Shown here piece after piece: positions 50,916-58,385 of a DNA stretch of 64,000 nucleotides; positions within the stretch are counted from its first letter, which is position 1, and every line of letters begins with the position of its first letter. The translations under genes were made by a program, and so were the position numbers. The stretch covers positions 1,338-65,337 of the forward strand of contig JACRAQ010000115.1 of assembly GCA_016213335.1 (NCBI GenBank), written 5' to 3'. Origin of the DNA: Nitrosomonadales bacterium (GTDB lineage Bacteria; Pseudomonadota; Gammaproteobacteria; Burkholderiales; Gallionellaceae). Below the pieces are notes generated by a model that did no database searches, had not been told where the DNA came from, and worked only from the letters and a program-made list of their open reading frames with translations.

Positions 50916-51637
50916 ACGCCAGCGACAGTTTCATCTCTCACCTGATCGAGCTGCGCTCCCGCCTGTTGCGCGCTTTCCTGGCGCTGCTGCTGGTGTTTCT
51001 CTGCCTGTTCCCGTGGGCAGCCGACTTGTACGCGCTGCTCGCGCAACCGCTGCTCACCAAATTGCCCGCAGGCGGACAGATGATTGCCACGGACGTAACC
51101 ACACCGTTTTTCGTGCCGCTCAAGGTGGCGATGATGGTCGCGCTCCTGATCGCTTTGCCTTATGTTTTATACCAGGCGTGGCGCTTTGTCTCCCCCGGCC
51201 TGTACGAGCACGAAAAACGCCTGGTGTTGCCGCTCATCGCGGCCAGCACCGCGCTGTTCTACTGCGGCATGGCCTTCGCCTATTTCGCCGTGTTTCCCGT
51301 GGTGTTCGGATTCATCACCGCCTCTGCGCCGCAGGGGGTGGCGGTGATGACCGACATAGACAAATACCTGAGCTTTGTGCTGACCATGTTTGTCGCCTTC
51401 GGCGTCACTTTCCAGGTGCCGGTAGCAGTGGTCGTGCTGGTCAGGATGAGAATAGTGACCACCGCCAAACTCAGGGAAATACGTCCCTACGTGATTGTCG
51501 GCGCGTTCGTGATCGGCGCCATCTTTACGCCGCCGGATGTAGTGTCGCAGTTCATGCTCGCCGTGCCGTTGTGGCTGCTGTACGAGGCGGGCATCGTGGT
51601 GGCAGGTTGGGTGGCAAAACCAGCCAAGCCAACCTGA
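50912..51637 (+). CDS. tatC: twin-arginine translocase subunit TatC
   Basis: 241 aa with a TTG start overlapping the tatB stop, HL.ELR.RL, about 6 TM helices and FTPPDV.SQ. Confidence 0.93.
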   Translation: MNASDSFISHLIELRSRLLRAFLALLLVFLCLFPWAADLYALLAQPLLTKLPAGGQMIATDVTTPFFVPLKVAMMVALLIALPYVLYQAWRFVSPGLYEHEKRLVLPLIAASTALFYCGMAFAYFAVFPVVFGFITASAPQGVAVMTDIDKYLSFVLTMFVAFGVTFQVPVAVVVLVRMRIVTTAKLREIRPYVIVGAFVIGAIFTPPDVVSQFMLAVPLWLLYEAGIVVAGWVAKPAKPT

Positions 51638-51644
51638 ACAGTTT

Positions 51645-52955
51645 TCAGTTTTCCTCGTCGCGGTCGTTCAGCAGGTGCGAGATGCGCGTGTTCGCCACCG
51701 CCAGGCGCTTCACCAGCATGCGCAGGAAAGCCTCGCTGAACTGGAAGCGGCACCCCGTTGACGATTGCGCCAGAACATTAGGCTTGATTTCGATCAGGAT
51801 CGCATCGTCTCTGGCCATCACGTCGGTCGTGCGCAGGAAATCCCGTTCGGAAAGATGCGCCATTTCTCCGAAGCAATCGCCCTTGTGCAGCACGCTCAGC
51901 AGCCGCCCGCGCTTGAGCACCTTGACCGCACCGCTGGCCAGGATGAAGAATTCCTGCCCTGCCTCACCCTCGCTGATGATGCGCTCGTCCTTTTGCACCT
52001 TGCGCCATTCGCTGATATGCAGCACTTCCCACAGCTCGACGTCGCTGAACTTCCTGAAGAACTCCAGCTCGCGCAAGGTATTGAATTTTTCTGTTACGAA
52101 AATTTCCGTTTGCGGCGCTACGTTGCGGCTGAAAAATGTCACCAGATCGCGGGCGAACTCATCCCAGCTCTGGTAGCGCTGCTGGAGGTTCTTGCACATC
52201 GCGCGCATCACGATGGCGTCCAGCGCCGGCGAGATTTCCGGGCGAAAGGTGCTGGCCGGCTGCGGCTCCATGTTCATGATCTGGTAAATCATGCTGTAGT
52301 TGTTGCGCGCGTCGAACGGCAACTTGCCGGTCAACAGCTTGTACATGGAAACGCCGAGCGAATAAATATCGGTCTGGTGGGTCAGCGTCTGTTCCCTGAT
52401 CTGCTCTGGCGACATGTAAGCGGGCGATCCCACGCCGCTCACCTGCGTGGTTTGCTGGCTCTCGATGACCGCCGCACCAAAATCTGAAATCTTGATATCG
52501 CTCTCGCCGTGCAACAGGATATTGGCCGGCTTGATGTCGCGGTGGATAATCCCCTGGTATTGCGCATACTCCAGCGCCTTGCAGCATTTGTAGATGATTT
52601 CCGCAACCGTGCTCAGCGGCAACAGGTGGTCCACTTCGGCGTAACGCTCGAGCGTTTCCCCCTCCACATATTCCATCACCATGTAGTTCACGTCACCATC
52701 CATCACGGCATCGAAAACTTTCACGATGTGCGGGTGCGACAGTTTGCCGGCCAGTGACGCTTCAGTCAGAAACAACTTCCGGTAGGCCTTGGTGCGGGTG
52801 CTGTCGCGCAAGGCATCGAGGTTGAACAGCTTGATGGCGACCCGCTGGTTGGCGAACGGGTCAAGTGCAAGATACACCGTGCTGGTCGCGCCGCTACCCA
52901 GTTCCCGGATGATTTCGTATTTGCCTATTTTGTCCATAAAACCGGATAGAGCCAT
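51645..52955 (-). CDS. Hanks-type Ser/Thr protein kinase fused to a C-terminal cyclic nucleotide-binding (CNB) domain
   Basis: 436 aa. Kinase motifs are the Gly loop LGSGATSTVY, VAIK, HRDIKPANILL, DFG and GSPAYMSPE. The C-terminal CNB shows EGEAGQEFFILASG.VKV and FGEMAHLS…RTTDV. Confidence 0.85.
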   Translation of the reverse strand: MALSGFMDKIGKYEIIRELGSGATSTVYLALDPFANQRVAIKLFNLDALRDSTRTKAYRKLFLTEASLAGKLSHPHIVKVFDAVMDGDVNYMVMEYVEGETLERYAEVDHLLPLSTVAEIIYKCCKALEYAQYQGIIHRDIKPANILLHGESDIKISDFGAAVIESQQTTQVSGVGSPAYMSPEQIREQTLTHQTDIYSLGVSMYKLLTGKLPFDARNNYSMIYQIMNMEPQPASTFRPEISPALDAIVMRAMCKNLQQRYQSWDEFARDLVTFFSRNVAPQTEIFVTEKFNTLRELEFFRKFSDVELWEVLHISEWRKVQKDERIISEGEAGQEFFILASGAVKVLKRGRLLSVLHKGDCFGEMAHLSERDFLRTTDVMARDDAILIEIKPNVLAQSSTGCRFQFSEAFLRMLVKRLAVANTRISHLLNDRDEEN

Positions 52956-53042
52956 TGCTGACAGGGCACGCCAGCATTATACCGCGCCGGTAAGGCGCGG
53001 AGCGCTTGGGAACCGGCAGATATTGCAGTTATCATATCGGCC

Positions 53043-54458
53043 ATGAAAAATCTGACGCTTGCTTTGTTGCTGGCGCTGGCGCTGCCGTGCCGCGCGGAAG
53101 GGCTGCCCGATCTGGGAGATGTTTCTCAAGCCGCAGTCTCACCGCAACAGGAGCGCCAGATCGGCGAACAAAGCATGTTCGAGATCCGCGCTGACAAAAG
53201 CTATCTTGACGATGCCGAAATCGGCGACTACCTCAACCAGCTCGGCTACCAGCTGGTCGCAAACAGCAGTGAGCCAGGCCAGGAGTTTGAATTCTTCGCC
53301 ATCAACGACAATGCCATCAACGCCTTCGCTCTGCCCGGCGGCTTCATCGGGGTAAACACCGGCCTGATCCTCGCCACGCAAAGCGAATCCGAGCTCGCCT
53401 CGGTATTGGGCCACGAAATCGCCCACGTCACGCAGCATCATCTGGCGCGCATGGTGGCCGGGCAAAAAATAGATACGCTCGCCGCGATGGCCACCATAGC
53501 GGCAGCCATCCTGGCCGCACGCAGCAACCCGGATGCCGCACAGGCCGCGATAGCTGGCGTGCAGGCGGGCGCCATCCAGCGACAGTTGAACTTCACCCGC
53601 ACGCACGAACAGGAAGCTGATCGCCTCGGCCTCGACACACTGCAAAAATCCGGCTTTGACCCGCACGCCATGCCCGTCTTCCTGGAACGTCTGCAAAAAG
53701 CCACTCGCTTGCTGGAAGGCAATGCGCCCACCTATCTGCGCACCCACCCGATAACCGGCGAACGCGTCGCCGATATTGCCGGTCGCCTGCAGCGCACCCC
53801 CTACCGCCTGGTAGCCGACAGCCTCAGCTTTCATCTGGTGCGCGCCAAACTCCAGGCCGCCCAGAAGATACCTCAGGAAGCGCTCGCCTATTTCACCGGG
53901 GCGCTGGGGTCGCGGAAACACGGCAACCAGACCGCGCAACGCTACGGGCTGGTGCTGGCCCTGCTGCGCAATAAACAGCCCGCGCGCGCCGCGCAGGAAT
54001 TCGCCGCGCTGCAAAAACAGGCAACAAAAAATCCGATGATTGCGACGCTGGCGGGGCAGCTCAAGCGAAGGGACAAAAACGACAAGAGCGCCATCGGGTT
54101 CTACCGCACTGCCACCCAGAATTTTCCGCAGCACCGCGCGCTGGCTTACGACTACGCGGAAATGCTGTTGCAAGCCCGCAAACACGAAGACGCGCTCAAG
54201 CTGCTCAATGAACAAATCATCAGCCACCCCAGCGACCCGCGCCTGTATGAGCTACAGGCGCGCGCCTACGCGGCGACAGGCAAGCGGCAGGAAGAGCACC
54301 GCGCGCTCGCCTACAACTACGCCCTGCGCGGCAAGCTATACGGCGCGATCGAACAGCTGGAACTGGCAAAACAGGCGGGCTCGAACTATTACCAGCTCTC
54401 CATAATCGAGAGCGAACTGCGCGAACTGCGCGAAATAGCTGACGCGCGCAATAAATAG
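53043..54458 (+). CDS. M48 family zinc metalloprotease with C-terminal TPR domain (BepA/YfgC-like)
   Basis: 471 aa with a signal peptide, the zinc motif HEIAHVTQHH with downstream E (EQEAD), and C-terminal TPR-like repeats. Confidence 0.85.
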   Translation: MKNLTLALLLALALPCRAEGLPDLGDVSQAAVSPQQERQIGEQSMFEIRADKSYLDDAEIGDYLNQLGYQLVANSSEPGQEFEFFAINDNAINAFALPGGFIGVNTGLILATQSESELASVLGHEIAHVTQHHLARMVAGQKIDTLAAMATIAAAILAARSNPDAAQAAIAGVQAGAIQRQLNFTRTHEQEADRLGLDTLQKSGFDPHAMPVFLERLQKATRLLEGNAPTYLRTHPITGERVADIAGRLQRTPYRLVADSLSFHLVRAKLQAAQKIPQEALAYFTGALGSRKHGNQTAQRYGLVLALLRNKQPARAAQEFAALQKQATKNPMIATLAGQLKRRDKNDKSAIGFYRTATQNFPQHRALAYDYAEMLLQARKHEDALKLLNEQIISHPSDPRLYELQARAYAATGKRQEEHRALAYNYALRGKLYGAIEQLELAKQAGSNYYQLSIIESELRELREIADARNK

Positions 54459-54465
54459 GAAATTG

Positions 54466-56075
54466 CTATTTTTTCCCAAGCGCATCCAGCTTATCGCACG
54501 CGATACGGCGTCCCGCCTTGCAGACTGCCGTGAGGTCGGCGCGCGCAGAATCTCCATCTCCCATCATCATGTATGCCACGCCCCTAGAATAACGCGCCTG
54601 GTCATATCCGCTATCCAGTTCCAACGCGCTGCCAAAACTTGAAACGGCATCTGCATACTTACTTTCCTGAATATAAGCTGCGCCCAGTCCTTGGTAGAGA
54701 TATTTCTGCCCCGAACGAGGCGACAGTGAAAGTGCCAAGCGATAATCCTGTATTGCCTGCTGGGAGCGTTTAACATTCAGGAAAGATATTGCCCGATTTT
54801 CATAAATACGCCATACCCCTGGCAGGTCATGCTTTTGCTCAACCAATTTGGCCGCATCATGCCACAGCAACACAGGATCAGAAAAAGTGGTCAGGCGGTT
54901 TATGCTGCCCATGGCAAAGGCAAGGATCATAAGCAACATGACAGGCATTGCAATGCCAGCCTTGACTCTGCTTAGCCACAGCGGCAAAACGATAAAGATT
55001 CCCGTCATCCATAGATAACTGCGGTACAGCACAAACGATTCCTGAATCCTGACTGTAGAAAATTCGGTAAGAACAGAAGCCACGGAAACAACATGGCAAA
55101 GCCCGCCACACCCATCGCCCCGCGCCGGAGCAGCAGCCAGACCGCTGCCATGCCATAGCCGGCAAATGCCAATGCCGCCAACCCGGAGATCGAAAAAAAA
55201 CCGGTAGCGAAAGGCTCGCGCATATCCACCGACATCCAGGCCGGATTTGGCAATAACCATAACCCGGCATATTTGAAAAACAAGGCGCACTGCGTCAGGA
55301 TACTGAGCGGATAGGCGTGCTTGATTTCAGCTTGTTCCAGCATTCCCCGCGCATTGAACTCATACACACTTCCGAGAATGCCCAATTTCTGGAACACTAC
55401 GAACAATGCGATGAACAGGCAAGCCAGATATATCCATCGCAGCCGCCTGAACAGGTTTGCCGATAAATCGGACAACAATACCGTCAGAGCCAGCAAAACA
55501 GCTGGCAGCATGATAGCGTGTTCTTTTGACAGCACAGCCAACCCATAGAATAAAACGCTCGCCCACAACCAGCCATCACGATTACTGGCCAGCCCGCGCA
55601 TATAGGCCAGCAGCGCAAGCAAGCTGAACAGAGTAGCCATGACTATGGTGCGCTGGATCAGATAGCCCGCGCCATATACCGCCACTGGGTGCAACACAAA
55701 CAGGCTCGCCGAACAGAAGGCAAGCAATTGGGTCTCTTTTTCGCTACGCCCCAAAGCAGGTATCTGTTGATACAACCGCCGTAACAGAAAAAACAACGTA
55801 ACCCCAACAACGGCATGCAACAAAAGCGCCTCCAGCCGCAGCCAAGGCAGATTTTCGTCCGCCGCCTCCACCGTCCATGCCATGGTTGCATAAGGTAACC
55901 AGCGTATCTGCAACGGGGAAAATGCGCCTAACTTATTGACGTCATCCGATCCGGGAATAAACAGATTCGTGTCGTCAAACACCAACGGATTGGTTAAGAA
56001 CGGGCCGTACAACAGCACAGCCATAATGATGATCATTACGGCGTAGCCCAAGGCGCGCAACGGCATTTGTCCCAT
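54466..56075 (-). pseudogene. TMTC/PMT_2-like multi-pass membrane protein with C-terminal TPR repeats, split by a 1-nt frame change near 55059-55062
   Basis: Frame A (to stop 55005) has LVFDDTNLF near its N-terminus and about 9 TM helices. Frame B (54466-55290) continues with …STVRIQESFVLYRSYLWMTGIFIV…, further TM helices and then TPR repeats. Adding one T to the minus-strand T4 run joins them as …PWLLFLPNFSTVRIQES…. The start (56075 or 56066) is uncertain. Confidence 0.55.
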
Positions 56076-56094
56076 CAGATTTGCGTTTGCAATG

Positions 56095-56128
56095 AAAAAA
56101 CCCGGCAAGAAATCTTGCCGGGTTTTTG
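56095..56128 (-). terminator. Rho-independent (bidirectional) terminator after the pilin gene
   Basis: aaaaaa-CCCGGCAAGA-aat-TCTTGCCGGG-ttttt. A perfect 10-bp stem is flanked by an A6 tract and a T5 tract. Begins 17 nt downstream of the pilin stop. Confidence 0.85.
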
Positions 56129-56144
56129 TTACAACGCGCTTAGC

Positions 56145-56582
56145 TTAGTTCTTCACGTAGGCGTTAGCCACGCACGCGCCACTGTATTGCCAATCAAGGC
56201 GATTAGCCGACGTATTGGGGGTTGGAGTCATAGTACAAGTGTCGCCCGCTGCAATACCCTTAACTGCATTGGGTGTCGCAGTGATAATGCCGCCAGCAGC
56301 CACAGCGACGGCATTCAATGCACCAGTCGTGTTGCCAGTAATCGCAGGAGGAACACCGCTGGTGCCGGCTGTGCAACCAGCAGCGAGACCAGCATCACCC
56401 GCCTCGCCCCAACAATCTTCCACACCCAGCTTGAACGGGGTCATCGCTGAGGTCACTTCGGTGTAGGCCGCCTTCCGGATATAATTCTGGTAAGCGGGTA
56501 TTGCCACTGCCGCTAGAATACCGATGATCGCGACCACGATCATCAGTTCGATGAGGGTAAAGCCTTTTTGGGTTTGTTTCAT
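56145..56582 (-). CDS. pilA: type IVa major pilin
   Basis: 145 aa with the class III leader MKQTQKG|[28 protein letters not shown]-terminal Cys pairs, and RBS AAGGAGA upstream. Confidence 0.93.
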   Translation of the reverse strand: MKQTQKGFTLIELMIVVAIIGILAAVAIPAYQNYIRKAAYTEVTSAMTPFKLGVEDCWGEAGDAGLAAGCTAGTSGVPPAITGNTTGALNAVAVAAGGIITATPNAVKGIAAGDTCTMTPTPNTSANRLDWQYSGACVANAYVKN

Positions 56583-56637
56583 GTTGAATCTCCTTAATCA
56601 GGTTGGTTACGACACACGGGGTGTGCAGTTGCTATAC

Positions 56638-56653
56638 TGCAGTATCCGTGCCA
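56638..56653 (-). promoter_or_regulatory. sigma-54 (-24/-12) promoter for the pilin gene
   Basis: The minus strand reads TGGCACGGATACTGCA, versus the consensus TGGCACG-N4-TTGCW. The GG and GC dinucleotides have the correct spacing. Lies about 55 nt upstream of the pilin ATG. Confidence 0.65.
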
Positions 56654-56737
56654 CGGCACTCAGCCAGGCTAACATATTGTATAAACAATAGTTATTGCAA
56701 CTCCACCACCCAGCCGCCGCATTTACCTGCCTAATCC

Positions 56738-56753
56738 TGTCAGCCATGTGACA
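56738..56753. promoter_or_regulatory. candidate enhancer (bEBP/PilR-type) binding palindrome upstream of the sigma-54 promoter
   Basis: TGTCA-GCCATG-TGACA is a perfect inverted repeat about 94 bp upstream of the -24 element. An AT-rich stretch (attgtataaacaatagttattg) lies between the two. Confidence 0.4.
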
Positions 56754-56767
56754 ATTTTCGTCAGCCC

Positions 56768-58360
56768 TTACGGCACATAGCCGGGAATCCGGCTTTCATC
56801 CACCGTATCAATCTGCTCGGGATCCAGGAATTGGCGCGCATAGGCCAGATACACTTTCTCGCGCACGAAGATGTCGAACAGGTCCGGGTCTATATGCCCA
56901 CTGAGTTTGAAATTGCCGAGTATAACGAGCGATTCGGTGAGGGTTTTGCCTTTTTTGTACGGCCTGTCCTTGGCGGTGAGCGCTTCGAAAATGTCGGCGA
57001 TACCCATCATGCGCGCCTGTAGCGACATTTGCTCGCGTTTCAGCCCGCGCGGGTAGCCCTTGCCGTCCATGCGTTCGTGGTGGCCACCGGCGAATTCCGG
57101 CACATTCTTGAGGTGCTTGGGCCAAGGCAGCGATTCCAGCATCTTGATGGTGACGTCAATGTGGTGGTTGATGATCTGGCGCTCGGCCACGGTAAGCGTG
57201 CCAAACGGGATGGTAAGGTTTTCCACTTCGTCGCCGCTGAGGAAATTGCTCTGCTCACCCGCCTCGTTGCACCACCGGTAAGAGGCGATGCTGCGCACCC
57301 GCGCCTGGTCCGCCGCGCTCATCTTTTCCGAACCGATGTTGCAGTGCCGCAAGAATTCGCGGTCATCGTTCAATTGGCGAATGCGTGCTCCAAACTCATC
57401 AGCGCTCATTTCTCCCTTGAGCTTTACGATCTCGGCATCGCGCTTGAGCACCTCGAAGCGGGTATCCAGCAGATGGATGCGGTCCAGCAAAGTGTGCAGT
57501 TTGGTGGATTTGTCCACCACATGCACCGGGGTAGTAACCTTGCCGCAATCATGCAGCAGCGCCGCAATTTTCAGCTCATGCTTCTCCCTGCCGCTCATCG
57601 CCAAACCATGCAGCGGCGATGCCGGTCCGGCACGGCAGGCCGCCTCGGCCAGCATCATGGTCAGGATCGGCACACGCTCGCAATGGCCGCCGGTATAGGG
57701 CGACTTGTCGTCAATTGCAGTGTTGATGAGGCTGATGAAGGATTCGAACAGATCTTCCAGCTGCTGGATCAGGCGGCGGTTGGTGAGCGCAATGGCGGCC
57801 TGCGAGGCGAGCGATTCCAGCAGGTGCTCATCCTCGCTGGAAAACGCGACAATCTCCCCGGTCTTCCTGTCCAGGGCATTGATAAGCTGCAACACGCCGA
57901 TGATCTCATTCTCGTGATTCTTCATCGGCACTGCCAGAAATGAGGTGGAGCGGTATCCGGTTTTCTTGTCGAAATTCTTGGTGCCGGAAAAATCGAAACC
58001 TTCGGCGGTGTAGGCGTCGGCGATGTTCACCGTCTTGTCGTGCAGCGCCACGTAGGCCACCACCATGGAGTTGTTGGGTTTGCCGTCCTTGTCGGTCAGG
58101 TGGATGGGGTAATAAGGTATATATGCGCCGGATGTGCCGCCCATCTTGATACCGAGCGAATCGGTGCGCATGATCTCGAACCGGAGCACCAGCTCATTTG
58201 GTTCCACCAGATACAGCGTTCCCGCATCGGCGTTGGTGATGCGTTTTGCGGCAACCAGTATGGTTTCCAGCAGGCGGTTGATGTCGCGTTCGCTTGACAG
58301 CGCGATGCCGATGGCGTTCAACTCGTCCAGCCGCTGCAGCAGGTCGTCGTGGTGTGTCAT
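56768..58360 (-). CDS. GAF domain + HD-GYP domain protein (putative c-di-GMP phosphodiesterase)
   Basis: 530 aa. The N-terminal GAF shows NADAGTLYLV…VNIADAY…DKKTGYRSTSFLAVPM…GVLQLIN. The HD-GYP shows GGHCERV, LHDCGKV and HHERMDGKGYPRGL. Confidence 0.88.
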   Translation of the reverse strand: MTHHDDLLQRLDELNAIGIALSSERDINRLLETILVAAKRITNADAGTLYLVEPNELVLRFEIMRTDSLGIKMGGTSGAYIPYYPIHLTDKDGKPNNSMVVAYVALHDKTVNIADAYTAEGFDFSGTKNFDKKTGYRSTSFLAVPMKNHENEIIGVLQLINALDRKTGEIVAFSSEDEHLLESLASQAAIALTNRRLIQQLEDLFESFISLINTAIDDKSPYTGGHCERVPILTMMLAEAACRAGPASPLHGLAMSGREKHELKIAALLHDCGKVTTPVHVVDKSTKLHTLLDRIHLLDTRFEVLKRDAEIVKLKGEMSADEFGARIRQLNDDREFLRHCNIGSEKMSAADQARVRSIASYRWCNEAGEQSNFLSGDEVENLTIPFGTLTVAERQIINHHIDVTIKMLESLPWPKHLKNVPEFAGGHHERMDGKGYPRGLKREQMSLQARMMGIADIFEALTAKDRPYKKGKTLTESLVILGNFKLSGHIDPDLFDIFVREKVYLAYARQFLDPEQIDTVDESRIPGYVP

Positions 58361-58385
58361 CGCTTGCCCCGCATCGAATAAAGTG

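Noticed and set aside
55193-55200. A8 (minus-strand T8) homopolymer considered as the frameshift or phase-variation site of the pilin-adjacent membrane protein gene
   Set aside because: Downstream of the tract, frame A still reads as convincing TM helices (SISGLAALAFAGYGMAAVWLLL…), whereas frame B reads as Gly/Arg-rich nonsense. The frame change must therefore lie further on, near 55059-55062.
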